Positions 37,996 through 52,238 of a DNA stretch of 64,000 nucleotides are shown here, in pieces. The stretch is from assembly GCA_021613535.1 (NCBI GenBank), contig CP075492.1, positions 1,240,001 through 1,304,000 on the forward strand, read 5' to 3'. A model generated the notes under the pieces. It was not told the origin of the DNA. It saw only the letters and a list, made by a program, of their open reading frames with translations, and did not search any database. The DNA comes from Adineta vaga (taxonomy: Eukaryota; Animalia; Rotifera). The position numbers and the translations under genes are program-made. Numbering within the stretch: the first letter of the stretch is position 1; every line of letters begins with the position of its first letter.

Positions 37996-38820
37996 ATTCA
38001 ATAAAAAGTTTTCGTTAATTAAATTGACTGAAAAAATGACAATAAGACATATATAATATACGTATTATATTTGTTTCAAACTTTATGTCTATGTTTTTTT
38101 CATAACACACTTTAAATGAAACATTAAACGAAATTCTAAATTTTATGTTGAGTTTTGTGACAAATAATTTCATATAGAATTGTTATACGTGCACACTCGA
38201 TCATAGAGATTGTTGCATCGGTCCACCGGATACTACAGCTATATGGTCAGAAAAAATAGTAGCTGATTGGGCACGAGTCTATGAAAAAAGTTTACTCTAC
38301 TTCCGTTCAATAAATATTACTAATGAAATAAATTTTCTTTTTGTTAAGTCTAATGCAAAGATTTCAGTAATGAGTGAGATACATTCGATTGTCATTATAT
38401 AATATTACAAACGATAGTTCGTGATAATTTCGATTATGAATTACTATTAAAGCTATATATCAAGTAGAATATATGACTATTGACAAAAGCTACTCGAAAA
38501 AAAACTTTATAAATGTTTACACGTCTTCTTCTTCGCATTTAGACAGTACACTGTTATATAACCAACGTGCACAAAATATTTTTTTATCATCAGTACTTTT
38601 CATTAGGGTGACAAAGTATTTGCAAAGAGAGGAAAGAAAAGTGTCTCGTGTCATTACGATTCATAATAATACTTACAGTAAAAAGAAATGAAAAACGAAT
38701 CATTTTTTTCTCATCACTATACTAAAACATGACTGTACAAACTACTTATACTCTTCTGAGTCTTTTGGCATTTGGTTGTAGTCCTACAATGGTACATACA
38801 TTTCAAGATCGTATGCACAG

Positions 38821-38929
38821 CGAGGGTGTCGATGCCACTGCTCTCGCGATAGACAACACACCAGCAGATGTGGGTGTTGTGGGTAAAGATGCAGAATGAA
38901 CTAACTACAACCACACACATACACCCCAG
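38821..38929. repeat. Telomere-repeat hairpin element (family I, composite)
   Basis: CGAGGGTGT...GTGGGTGTTGTGGGT-aaagatgcagaatgaactaactacaacc-ACACACATACACCCC. Confidence 0.8.
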
Positions 38930-41239
38930 AAATATATTTCAAATATTGGAACTATTTTTATTAGTAGATCAAGTATTTTATTAAAGCAATTTCAAATTTT
39001 AGAAAAATACATGAAATTTGCCTTTTTATGTGGTAAATTTAAATAAATTTCATCTACATTCAGTTATTCCATAAAAAATTTTTGATTAGTAGAATACATG
39101 ACAAATCTCGATCGAAATATTCACTGCCCACTAGTCACCGATGATATAAGGATTAAAACCTTTCTGCCGGATAATACTGACCTCTTCTCGATATATTTTC
39201 CAGTAAAGTATATAATTCTAAGTATTTAAAGAAATATTTATTTTTGAGGGCATGGCGGTCGCCGGTTCGCCGAATAGCTAGATCCGCAGCTGACTAGAAA
39301 CTATTTCTAACGAGTCAAAGTGTATGAACTATGACTGGAATTTTTTCGGCTTTCAGAATATGAGTTTATAATGTTTCTCGCAGATTTTAATTTGAAGTAC
39401 CAAAATCATCTTTGATGAGCCCGAAAAACGTGGTTTGAAAAAATTGCGCGTCACAATTTACAGTAAACATATTTGTGCATTTTATTCTCATGTAAAGAAG
39501 TTCAGCTGGCTCATAGTTAGTGATTATAATGAGTATTTTGCGCTCATTTTAAACATAAACTTAGAAAGGACGAATCTATCTCTATTTAAAATACTGAAGG
39601 AGTTCCTGACATGCCCCAAAAATTATTTTGAATCGTGAATCGACAGAGCTTGGTTCACCCTATAAGTTTTTCTTCGATCGTCCTAAATGTTGCAGTGTCT
39701 TGTTCACAGAAATCAATATCAAAAGTATCTGAGCTTCTACCTGAGTTTACCTATAACCATTTTATCAAGAGTGTTTTCAATGTAAGATTGTTTTCATCAA
39801 AATTTGACTTTTTCTCAAAAACTAGTAAGTTATATCATTCGATAATAGCATATATTCTTGAAATTTCTTTTTACGCATGTGCTTATAAGACTTTTTTGTC
39901 AATATCCGTCGAAAAAGTAATCGATGTGTAAAACAAAATAGATCAGAGTAGCTTTGGGAAAAATCTAGAAATTTTTTTCTGACGGTACGGTACGTTGTTA
40001 ATGAAGGCGGTATACGGTACGAGACGGTATCAATTTTTTTGCAATACCGCCGGTCATTGGTTCCGACTATAGTATTTTCCACGTTCACGTATGTAGAAGC
40101 AGAATTGTTCGCGATCATAACATATACGATTCTCTTTGCGTCGTTCATATATGAGAGGATATTATTTGTAATGATAGTCTTTCTTTCTGTTCTTTTTCCT
40201 TTTTGAATATGAGGCCATGTGTTCACCTTTTTCTAACTCAATTATATGTCATTTTTGATTGTAGAGTCGCTCATATTTATGATTTTGAAAAATTTTGCTT
40301 CATAATTAAAAGCTATTAGATACTTCAAGAATCTTATTTCTACTTCAAATTCATTCGGAATATTTAAAAAAAGTCGGTTTTACAATAACAAGTTGAAATG
40401 ACCAAAATACAAAGTTATGATTAAAGTAACTATCCATCCGAAGATGAAAGGAGAAAGATATTTGACTTAGTGTTTGAATACTCTATTTTTAAAGAAATAT
40501 TCATTACTTTTGAACGTACTAAGTTGTTAATTAATAATGTACAATCTTACGTGACGAAGTAAAAGGAAAGTCACGTCATTTTTATGCTGTATTCTTTCGT
40601 ATACCGCCTGGCAATAAAAAATATTAAGAAAGTTGATAAATAAAAGCAATTATTTCTTTTCTTATCAAGCCGAAGTTCTAATTTGGAATATTCAATGATA
40701 TTTGAGTTTCTTTTTCTTCTATTTCAACGTGAACATCACATGTAAAATCCATGACAAGAAATATTATGTACACATTTTATATTGTCCTATGGATTGATTG
40801 AATATGATTAGAAGATAAATAGCGACATTTATAATCTCAAGACAGAAATGCATGATTAGAAAAAAGCAAAGCCAAAGAACAAATAGTGTAATTACTATTA
40901 TCGTTTTCCTACATCCTCTGTGATAACATCAATCCATCCTTTTTTTCTCAAACCACTATCAAATTAAATTACTATCAATATTGTAATAGACTGTATTTCA
41001 ACAACTTATTCGTATCGATGAACAAAAAAAGTGGTGGGTGAGCGTTTTTTTCTAAAATCAAGAATCTCGAAAGAATATAACAAAATCGTCGATAAATGTG
41101 ATTAATATTCCTTTCATTTTAGGACAATTTTTATTATACTTCGTTTTGAAGAAATTTTCTATTGAAGGCGCAAAATCATTGTACATGTTGATCGAAGTAT
41201 TGACAAACAACTATAGATAATTTCAATACTCTGATTTGA

Positions 41240-43081
41240 ATGATGATCTTTTTATTAGTATTCGAATTCTTCCTTTTATCTCAGCATATTATTGTTGCAA
41301 TACAAAATTCAGCTTTTTGTTATCTAACATATCGACCAACACCTGAACTGCTTGAGTTTGCACAAGAATTTGCTGAAGATGCAATCAAATACGGTGTTGA
41401 AATATTTATTATGATCGACGATAACAAATATAATTTTTCTTCTGCAAATGTTTCATCTAACGTTCGACTATTGCAAATGTCATCAGAGAAATGTCTTCAA
41501 CATAATTATCAAAAAGCAATTAATACGGGAGGTATGATATTGTAGAGAAATTTTTAATGTGAATTGATGTATGATACTTTCTTGTAGGTACTTGGCGATC
41601 TATTACATCATGGGATAAAAGTCTTCTCTATTTTTCTGTACTCAATCAAAATTATTCATTTGTTTGGTTATCTGAAGAAGATGTATTCATTCCACATGTC
41701 GAAGTATTTCGTTCGCTGCATCAACTCTATTCGAATTCTAGTGATTTAATCGTTCCTCATCATACGGTTAATTATCTAGGTTCGGATGGAACATGGTTTT
41801 GGCCAATGGCAACTGGAAAATTTCTTCCACCTTGGTCTGCTTCAATGGTTAATATAGTTGGTTTAAGTCGACGAATGCTTAAAGGAATAGATGATTTTGT
41901 TCAATGGTTAGGTGAAGTTCCATTTCATGAATTCTTTTTCAATACATTAGTACTACACTTAAATTTCACCATTGTTGTACCACTTGAATTGAACACTGTT
42001 GAATATGCAAATGCATACCTTTACGAAGATGTACGAGCACGACCTAACAATTTGTGGCATCCAATTAAAGATCATATCAAAGCAAAAAAATGGAGACAAA
42101 AGTTTGTATGCAAAAATTTATCGTACAAACTTTCATGTCTTTATATTTGTATATGTAGTTTAACTAATGAAAGTTTACAATATAATTATACATTTGAATG
42201 GTCTCATTTACAAAAGTTATGTGATAAAAGTGACACTATAAAAAGTATGGAAGCATATTTCAATGATACACTTCTTCGATTCGAAAAAATTAAAAGACAA
42301 TTATCGATAAATATGCATCATTTATGGCGTAAACGTTTTATTGGTCTGGCACAAAAATGTCAAAAACAAAATGCTTCTCAACAATTGATATCATTTGTAA
42401 GTCAGCTAGCCGACCATGCTTATAAACTACCTGAACGTATGTAATAAAAAAAAATCGAAAGATATCAATTATTTTTTCGGTGTATTTCAGCTCTTCTACC
42501 AAATTTAGTAAATAGAAAAAGTGCGGAACATATCAAATTAGAACGAGAAATTAATGAAACAAAACGAGCTATTTATCAATTTACTACGAATAGCTCAACA
42601 GTAACGGACTTGCGAAGACATGCAGGTGGATTAATTAGAAAACTAAGATGGGAAATCCGACGTGAATATTTTGAAGAAGAAAAACTAAGTAAATTTTTAT
42701 TTTGGGCCCTATCGATGTGTAACTTCTTACTGAACGTTCGTTTCAGGAAATCAGACGACAACAACCACTCTTTCTTCATCTTCAACAACTAATACGAACA
42801 TTTCTCGTCGTTCTTTAACAATCAAACTCATTACTGCTTCTATTCAAGTCAATACTACGACACGAAATAGACAATTTGAGAAAGTTCATACACATGATGA
42901 TTATCAATTATTTGATCGGATTAAAAATAGTACCAAAATATTTGTAGTATTATGTATTTTCTATATATTAATTATATTTTTCAAATGGGAAAGTATTCAA
43001 CGTGATAATTCTATGAAAATTCTGCTTATTTCTTCATTATCATTTGTTGTTGTTATATTATGCTTTACTGTGTTAGTATAA
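41240..43081 (+). CDS. Membrane-anchored putative glycosyltransferase-like protein
   Basis: Five exons; SWDKSLLYF, YSFVWLSEEDVFIP (DxD-like), HEFFFNTL, WHPIKD; hydrophobic N and C termini. Confidence 0.6.
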
Positions 43082-43244
43082 AACCTATATGAAAATTAGT
43101 TAAATCTTTTATTTTTGTTATAGATCAGTTTTAAATAAAAATAGGCCAAATACAGTTGACATATCTCAATATGACCCTCATCATCAAGATGATTCTGCAG
43201 AGATAAATATGAATTTAGTTATCTTTTCTTTGAGAGTGTGCGCA

Positions 43245-45010
43245 CACTGTAAAAAAAGGATCTTCCCACTGATGCACAGGAAGATCCTTTTTTTGGTTTA
43301 GTAGTAAAAAGGTTCCACATAGAACTTTACTGGAGAATTTCAGAACAGAGGTTTCGTAGCAAAGGTTTAGTACAAAACTTTTTTTCCAGCTAACAAAGAA
43401 AGTTTCGTACCATAGGTACCGTACGCAGAACCTTCTGAATCTATCTTAACAAAGGTTTCGTACTAACCCATAGCTACGAAACCTTCTCTCCATTGATATT
43501 CTTTTTGGTTCAGTAAAACACTCTCTTTTAATCATCATCTTACAGGCTCCGTATTCAGTTATTTCAGAACACATACTTCGAAGATTTGTTTCGAAGATCC
43601 TCTCACACTCACAAATACTGTTAAGGGTGGGTGTTGGCCATTCTACTAAATTCATTGACATTGATTCTAAACAGGAAAGAAGATAAGATGTAGTTTATCA
43701 TATATTATCACTTACCTAATTCTATGTCGGTCTATTGTAAACTGATCGTCGGCCGATATGAACAGACATATCTTTCACTGAGTCCTCTCCGTTTGTAAAA
43801 TGAACCTGTGATAGGTGTCAATGGTTTGATAGAGAGTTCGCTGAATCTAACAATCTTTACGATGTCATTGATCGTTTCGTATAATTTACACCGAACCACT
43901 TTAAAGTATAGGAATATATCATATGAAAACTTGAACCGTCGCAAGAAACAATTGATAGTGTGGTAAAAATTCTCCCAAGCCTCTATTTATTCTACGAAAC
44001 TGTGAATCACTTCGTAAAAGCTATACCGAAACAGTTACAACCACACAGAACTCAACATAGTATAGTGTAGAATTCTTCAAACCTTTGGCCAATGTACAAA
44101 ACCAGCGACAGTTTGGCAAAAACTCTCCCAAACCTTGCGCGATGATAGGAAGCCAGTGGTAGTCTCGTAACTTATAAATTTCGCCAAAGCATCAGTGAGT
44201 GTACGAAACTAAATATCGTTCTATGTAATGAAAACGAAAATTTGGGACGAATTACTGAATCCTAGATGGTTTTGTGCTAAAGTACGAATCCATTTTGAAA
44301 CTGGCAGAATTAGGACAGGTTCAGTATAAAACGTACAAAACCAATACTAGCTGCACGAAGCCGAAGAATGTTCGGTATTATGTGTGGGAAACCTTCGTTG
44401 TCCCTACTCAACTGTTAGTGGTTCTGCATAAGTTCTACTTCACATTTGTGGATTTATACGAAACTATGGATCGTTCTTTGTACATAAGCCGAACCGGCAT
44501 AGACACAATCGGGTAATAAAACGTTTCGCATGAACTATACTGAACCTTTCGAAAGGTAAATCATCTACCATTGGTTCATTACGAGATATACAGAACCATG
44601 ACGAGTTTAGCAGTGAATATGCTGCACTTCCAGTAAATTTTCGAAACTTCTAAAGATTCGTGTATGTTATACAAAACTTATAGCCGATCAGTATTGAATA
44701 TACTGAACCTTCAATTGGCATACGAAACTAGGAATCGTTTGTTAGAAAATAGACGAAATCTATTTTCAGGCTGCGAAACCACTGATAGTTCTGTGGACAT
44801 GTTACAGAACTATCAATGGTTTCATGAAGCGCATATAAAATCTTCAGACGATTTTTGTTGTCAACTACCGAGCCTTCTCGACCCTGCTAAACTTAAAATA
44901 GTTCGGCAAATCAATCACGAAACGTTTTTCATTTTTCTGAACTAAAAGTCGTTCGGTGGAAGCATAGAGAATCTTTTAAGTTCGATAAAACACCATTTTT
45001 TTTTACAGTG
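43245..45010. mobile_element. Non-autonomous CACTA/EnSpm(CMC)-like element, about 1.77 kb
   Basis: TIRs CACTGTAAAAAAA / TTTTTTTACAGTG; many internal GTTTCGTA/TACGAAAC motifs in both orientations; no transposase ORF. Confidence 0.75.
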
Positions 45011-46495
45011 TAGTAAAACGAGATAAAGTTCTTCTGATAAAAAAACTATATTATACAGAAATGTCAGGCTTAAGTCGAATAGTTATTGGCATATTTTTTA
45101 TGTTTTGCAACATTTATACTTCAAATCAAATATCAAAATCAAGACAAAAAAAATATAGCTGCTATATCTAACTGACAAACCAATGTATTAATTTTAACAA
45201 GTAAAATTTGAATGGGCAAAGCTCAGAATATAATAGACAATTGACCATTTGCCTCCCCCTGTTTGCACCACTGGTAATGCTAAAATATTTATTTTTTGTT
45301 CTTATTTTGAATATAGTGTGATTATTATTCTTCTTTAATCAACTGAGAAATACTTCTTAACTTCCTACGCCAAACAATACAGACTGTTTCCGGCAGGAAA
45401 CTGATTGAAATCCAGTAGATTTCCTCTTGGAATACTGCTTTCATGTCCAGCTATTTCCAGTGGTGACTACCCTGTTTTTTCTCATTCTTTGTACATTAAA
45501 CGTCGTCAAAATTTAAGTGAAAAAAGAATTTAACCTCAGAATAAATCAGGAAATCTTTGAAATCAGTTTCTGATTTCAGGAGACATCTCGCCAGGAAAAA
45601 GTTCAAAAATCAGGAGGTTTGGTAACCGTGTATCGGATTATCATTAGAACAAAACAAGATGTAGCAGTATATGTTGGGTTAATGTTGCTTATAAAAGCTA
45701 TCCGAAGTTGTGTAATAAATGTACATATGATTTATTGTTTATAGTATATGCATTCCAGATTATTTCATTCAATACTGATAAGTTCATGTTTTCGATCGTT
45801 TTTTTAAACTTATGAATGTGAAATTTATTGAACTTGATCTGTATCATTGTATTTCAATAAAAACTTTATTGATAGAGCAAACTTCAATAATTCTTGCACT
45901 ATAATTACGCACGGATAATATTTTTTTATAACGACCTAGATATACTATAATCATTTATTACATAGTTCTCATTCGTTAATTCGTTCTACATTATATTTCG
46001 GCAGAGGTGCAGAATCTTCCAAAAAATAGAAAATTTCCCCAGCATAATAATTTTCAAAACTTTCCCCTAGTATAACAACTTTTCAAAAATTTCCTTCCCC
46101 GCGCGCGGGCGCACGAGGAAGATTCTGCATCTCTGTATTCTGACCTGTTCGATTTGGTGTTGAGAGCGTTTTATGGTAAGTACATAGTCTAAGTCGTTTT
46201 TTGTAGTAGGAAATGAAAGAAACATGCTCGACAGTAGCCTCTGACCCGCCTTCGCAAGAATATTCAAATACACTAATCTCGGCTCTTTTAAATCTAATGC
46301 GACATTCAATGAAAAATATGTTTTGTTCTTTATTTTCGACAATATCGAAAGTATATCTTTAAGAAAATTAGTCTTATAGGAAGAATTATAGACAAGAACC
46401 AAATCAAACGATGAAGATATAGACGATGAAGTCTTTATCATATTTTGAAGTTTTCCGAGTTCTACCTATAGAAAACAGCAAGAGTTCATATGTTA

Positions 46496-46765
46496 TTATC
46501 TTGAATCAATTCCATTCACAAGATCGTCAAGCTCCTTTTGATCGCTACTCGACAGCTTGTTCCGAAGTTCATCGTACTTAGCTTTAATTCGTTTGACCAG
46601 TAATTTCAGTGAAAATAATTCACGAAAGGGCGTTGATCTATTTCGTAATTCTTCCCACTTTTCTTCCACTTTAGCTTTGACCCAATCCCATAATGGTGTA
46701 AGCCAAGTCCAAATGCTTTTTGCAATACTGCATACCCAATCCCAAGCTGTACTTAAAAAGTCCAT
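46496..46765 (-). CDS. 89-aa Trp-rich amphipathic helical orphan protein
   Basis: MDFLSTAWDWVCSIAKSIWTWLTPLWDWVKAKVEEKW...; upstream TATA-like box at about 46930. Confidence 0.65.
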   Translation of the reverse strand: MDFLSTAWDWVCSIAKSIWTWLTPLWDWVKAKVEEKWEELRNRSTPFRELFSLKLLVKRIKAKYDELRNKLSSSDQKELDDLVNGIDSR

Positions 46766-47996
46766 GTTGAAAACTGTATGTAAGAACGACATATCTAAAA
46801 GAGATAATTCAAAAAAAGTGTGACATTTGAACGTATAATAAATGAGCATCGAAACTGCATAGAAGTTATCGAAAGATGTTGGATATAGTTTAGTTGAATA
46901 GAACAAGTCGGAATCTAATGTTTTCATTTATATATACTATACAATGTAAGAAAGGTCTTCAAAGCTACACATTGATTTCATGCAATTAGATTAGCATGTG
47001 GAAGTCACCTATATTCAATAAGATAAAAGAAATTATGAACCATTTTGTCTAATCATAACTATCTTTATGTTCTAGAAACTTGAATTCTCTGACATTCCGT
47101 CTCCACTACTTACTCCTAACTATTCAAACTTATTGAATGTATTTTCTGAATAGTTTGTCGTATTTATATAAACTTGATATAAATTGTTTTTCGATATGAA
47201 GTTATGCAATCGGTATTATGTGTCATAAGGTTATCAAATGGGTAGAATGGTTTCTTCCCAACGAGAAACTGTTAACACAACTAATGGTATTAATCCAACA
47301 TAATTAATCATTTTTTTTAAAAATGTTATAGTTTTTGCTTTCTTATCTTTTATAAACGAAAGCAGGCGTATAAATCATTCTTTTTCATTCGACAAATTGA
47401 ATTTATTATTCATATGTGCCAAAGAAAATACCGACATTAAGTGGATAATAACAATGACGTTGTCTGAATATTTGTTCTCGAAAATAAATTACATCTTGTT
47501 GATAACGAACGTTATTCATATATTCACGATGGCTAAAACCGCACATGAAGCAAATAACGAGTATATAAAAGCGATAATATACTCAAAAGAATTCATTCAA
47601 TCAACCAGAACAATTACGAAGTGAGTAAGTGAAGAAAAACATCATAGACTTCGATATACTATCATATTAAGTAGTTGTAGCTCAAAAGAAACTATGCTCT
47701 TTGTTTTCTCATTGGCGTGAAAAAGCTCAACTTTTAGAAACTAAAATCCATGCTTTGATCGAAAGATCATCTAATAAAGTTAGGCTAGTTCAATGGAAAA
47801 ACCTTTTTGTGAATAGTTTGTTAAACCACTATTAAAAGAAATTTGTTTCCAAGTGAAGTATAGCAAGATAAAAGAGATCATACTGCATCTATGTTCAAAA
47901 TGTTGTTGTATATTTTTTATAGCTCTCTACTTTGATGAGAGTCTATTAAGTTCCTTATTATTAGAGAAAAAGAAATTATTTTTAATGCTTTAGAAA

Positions 47997-48395
47997 ATGG
48001 CGTCTAATCGCTCTCATACGATTACATCTGAACAAGTACGTGCAAAATATAAGACACTCAAACTGAAATTAAAGTCCCCAATGGAAAATTCAATAGAAAA
48101 TGAACGAGAATCAGAACGGATGCTCAATGATTTACAAAGCCGTGTTAATCGTCGATTCGATACCCTTGTGAAAAAATTCGTTATTGATGACAATGAACAA
48201 ATAAATACCGAATTATTAGATAAATTAAACAAAGTGAAAGATCCAAATACATTCCTAGAAGCAGTATTAACACATCTTTATGGTAAAGCAGTAAAACAAG
48301 AAGAAGATGAAGTTTCTCCGAAGGTTAATGACGAAGAAAAACCTGAAATTGATAAGATGGTTGAACAACTATGTGAAAAACAGAATAAACAATGA
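47997..48395 (+). CDS. 132-aa charged helical / coiled-coil orphan protein
   Basis: AAAATGG start context, AATAAA at 48449, TATATAAAA at 47562 followed by a GTGAGT/GTAAGT donor (5' UTR intron). Confidence 0.65.
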   Translation: MASNRSHTITSEQVRAKYKTLKLKLKSPMENSIENERESERMLNDLQSRVNRRFDTLVKKFVIDDNEQINTELLDKLNKVKDPNTFLEAVLTHLYGKAVKQEEDEVSPKVNDEEKPEIDKMVEQLCEKQNKQ

Positions 48396-48660
48396 AGCAT
48401 TATATATGATTTGAATTAAAAAGCTTTGTTTGTTTCTATCTAATATTCAATAAAGAAAAGAAAAGAATTTCAAAAATTCAGTTGACACGTTGCTTCGGTA
48501 AAGAATTCTAACATATCTGTATTTTTAAAGTCTAGTGCAAAGATATATCTATCTAACTCTGTACATGCATTCATATTCCTTAATGTTTACCCATGGAAAA
48601 AATATTCATGTAGAAATCGTCGTTAAACGCGGTTTTTTCATAATGACCCCTGTTAATTGC

Positions 48661-48953
48661 TTAACTCTTTAAGTATCGCTGACGCATATGTGTGTTCTGA
48701 CGTTTTTTTTTCTAAAACTGAGCAACCTCTGTTGTTCTTCTTTCTTCTTTTCGCTCATATAGTAAACACTTTTTAAAATAAAATGAAACACAGATTATCT
48801 ATCAATTAGAAGAAGTTTCCTGCTGACAAATTTAACTTTTGATCTCATTCAAAATGGCAAATCACAACAATTTTATATGAATGTGTGAAGTGTAATGTTA
48901 GTTTGTGTGTTGATGAATGTTTCAAAAAGTATCAAACTTTATCCCATTTTTAA
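48661..48953 (+). mobile_element. Internally deleted piggyBac remnant
   Basis: TTAA-CTCTTTAAG left end; YECVKCNVSLCVDECFKKYQT matches the piggyBac C-terminal Cys-rich domain (48873-48953). Confidence 0.7.
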
Positions 48954-49562
48954 ATCGATAACAACTCTTTTATGTGTTTTAGAAAGTAAAAGTAGAAATA
49001 AAAATACAAAAAAACTTATTTCTTTTCAGAATTAAATCGGTGTTTCATTTCGTGAAATCCCTATTAAAAACTGCGGTCTGCATATTATAACGAAAAATAT
49101 CACTATATATGAATCAATTTATTTTTAACAGATGCATTGATTAAAACTAAATTTTCCATCATCATACAACATGAAAATAGAAAAAAAAATACGTTGTAAA
49201 AAATACGAATCTATCCATTTGCAACGTAGAATAAATCCTCTTTTCTGTTTTTTGAAGTGTTTCATAAATCAGAAAATGGTTTATTCTTTTCTCAAGTATG
49301 GCAAAAAAGGAGTTTTTTTTATACGTTACAAATTCATAAACCTTTTCTATGTTTATGAGACCATCATAAACGATTTTACCGTTGGTTATTCTCTACTTCT
49401 TTTACAATATAGCAACATGTGATTTCTAAATTAAAATAGAATATTTTTATTAAATACCAACAAACGATAATGTTCAAATTAAATTTTTCAATTTTTATGA
49501 TAATATAGTGTGATTTAAATTAGAAAAAATATAGTTTGGAAAGTTGAAACTACAAAGGACAT

Positions 49563-49618
49563 CTTGAGGATGTGGGTGTTTATGAGGGTCTTTGCCTTCA
49601 ACCATACACCCACACCCT
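49563..49618. repeat. Telomere-repeat hairpin element
   Basis: CTTGAGGATGTGGGTGTTTATGAGGG-tctttg-CCTTCAACCATACACCCACACCCT. Confidence 0.85.
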
Positions 49619-50049
49619 GTTTATCTTTTTCTGAAATAAATTTCTTCAAGAGAATTTTTCTCAAACATTCGATTTGTGTCTTGAAGAATTTTATTTTTCC
49701 TTTTTGTATTCAAAATATTTCTAAAGATCGTTATTTATCAAGATCTTTTCTAATCAATAAAGAAGATAGATATTCGATTTATAAAAACAAAATTCTATTG
49801 TTGAAATTTGTGATTGATAAAAAAAAAGTTATTATTTATTTCTTATTGTTCATGTTAATTTATTCATTGTATTAACAAAACCATACATGTACGTACAATG
49901 ACTAAGGTAGCAAAATAAGAAATCGAAGTTTGTTTCATCACAATTAAAAAACTAGGTATAACGATGATAGATCAAATTCATGTACAAAAAATAGGGGGTG
50001 ATTATCACATAATTCTGTTCATTCGATTTGTATTCATACGGCATTCTAG

Positions 50050-52112
50050 GTCATGTACAACCACGTCATCGACAATGTCGATCTCTCACTAGTCAAGTAA
50101 GTCTTCCCTACCATCGTCTCTTGTTGTTCTCATCCTTTTTCTCAATTCAGCGTACTCATTCAGCACCATGGAAGTCACAATCTATGAATATCATTCATCG
50201 AACCATTGGATCTTCACACAATCCTCGTACTACAGAAAATAATACCGTTGATTGTCATGACAACTTACATTCGGTTAGTTTTTCATGTTTTTTGCATTTC
50301 GGTTGAACAGTATATATTTCTTCGTCTAATAAGATGTTTCGTAATATGAACACATTGAATAATCGAGATAAATCAAGAATATCACCAACCCATTCTGTTA
50401 ATGTTACTAAAATTCATCGACAGCATCATTCTCTTTCTCAAGTAAGAAATTAATAAACTACTGAAAAATTTCTTCTACAAATAATGTTTTATGATAGTCG
50501 AGTCGAAATAGCTCGAAAAGTAATAATTCGAAGAAAAATTCACAGCGACAAAATAATTATTCAGCAAACAATCGATATGATAAAGTAATTTTACAGTAAT
50601 ATGTATTTTTAGAAATGAAACTAACTTCAATCTTAATAATAAACTTTTCCAGCGATGTGCCGATGATAAATTTGATCGTAACAAAGTAAGGCAAATAATT
50701 ATCTTTTGTTTTCTTCTACAAATTCATCTCTTTAATAAAAACAGACAATAGATGCATGGTCGGATGAAAATGGAACTACGAAAAATTCTCATCAAGATTC
50801 AAAAAGAAATAAGAAGAAAAAGTAAATATTTTCTTTCTCATTATTGATTCTATTCAATTCCTAATATTTGATATAGATATGTACGATCATGTATAATAGC
50901 ATCTGTGATTATTGCCTGATTCTTGGTCTAATTATACTTGCAATTCTGCTTGCCATTTTGATCAAAACGAATCCAACAACAATAACACGTAAGACGTAAT
51001 TTGTTTTCTATCTCGACTAAATGTCACCACCTATTTTCTTTTTTGTTATAGTTGATAAATCAGTGGTTAATCCTTGTGAGTATATTTAGAGAAAAAAACA
51101 ACTTCGATTTTATCTTCGATTTAGGTACTAATAGATTATTTTGGAATACAACTGGTATTACGTATGCGGGTAATGGTTCATCAGGTACAGCTTTGAATCA
51201 ATTCTATTCATTAACAGGTTTATTTATGAACTCAACTGATACTCTATATATAACTGATAATGGTAATTATCGTATATTGAAATATTTACCTGGTGCTACT
51301 AGTGGTATTCTTGCAGCTGGTACGAGTACGGATGGAACTGCACTCAATCAATTTGCTACGCTCGGTATACGTTTTAGTTATGTTGATGTAAATCAAAATA
51401 TTTACGTTGGTGATACATACAATCATCGTGTTGTACGTTGGTCAAATGGCGCTTCTAGTGGCGTGATTGTTGCGGGTAATGGAATTAATGGAATCTCATT
51501 AAATCAAATCGCGCGTCCACATGGTGTATGGGTAGATTCGAGTTCAAATGTATTCGTTGTAGACAATACAAATCATCGTGTAACGAAGTGGGCTCCAAGT
51601 GCAACATTAGGTGTTATTGTTGCTGGTGGAAACGGGCAAGGTCAGTTAATCAATAGTTCTAAATTAATAGTTTTTTTTATTCTTTCTATTTTTCATTGAC
51701 AGGAAATTCATCAAATCAATTATCATCGCCTTCTGGTTTGTTCTATGATGAAATAAATCAAGATTTATATATTACTAATTTTCAATCAAATACCGTCATG
51801 AAATGGCATGTTGGTGCTTCAAATGGTCTTGTTGTGGCAGGAATTGCTGGAAGTTCGGGATCATCGTCAACTCTATTGAATTATCCAACAGATTTAAAAT
51901 TAGATCGATGGAATAATATTTATGTAGCCGATCGTTCCAATTCGCGTATTCAGTTGTTTTGCAATGGTAATTTGACAGGCACTACAATTGCGGGAAGTGG
52001 CAGTGGTGGTCACATTCTTAATGGTCCCTACAGTGTGGCATTGGATTCACAGTTAAATTTGTACGTTGCTGAAAGTACTGCTGCGCGTGTTACTAAATTT
52101 TATAAATTGTGA
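50050..52112 (+). CDS. Type II membrane NHL-repeat protein (possible frameshift in TM exon near 50917; start uncertain)
   Basis: Several small 5' exons, a TM exon, NHL repeats 51126-52112 (WNTTGITYAG, NYRILKY, NHRVVRW, NSRIQLF). Confidence 0.7.
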
Positions 52113-52238
52113 AAAACATTGATCATTTTTTTCTATATCCTAATTCCTAATAGAGAAAAAATAAACTAAGTTATTTTAAAAGAAACGAGCACAATGATTT
52201 CATAGTCTCATAAAAAATGAGTTTCCTCACATATATAT

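Noticed and set aside
39251-40226. GC-rich motifs (CGGTA repeats, GATCCGCAGCTG) and ORFs
   Set aside because: Probably MITE fragments; paired TIRs or TSDs could not be defined.
43601-43640. CACACTCAC...AAGGGTGGGTG as another hairpin element
   Set aside because: Opposite arm order, poor pairing, and inside the CACTA-like element.
43446-44945. Short ORFs inside the CACTA-like element
   Set aside because: No transposase motifs; likely chance ORFs.
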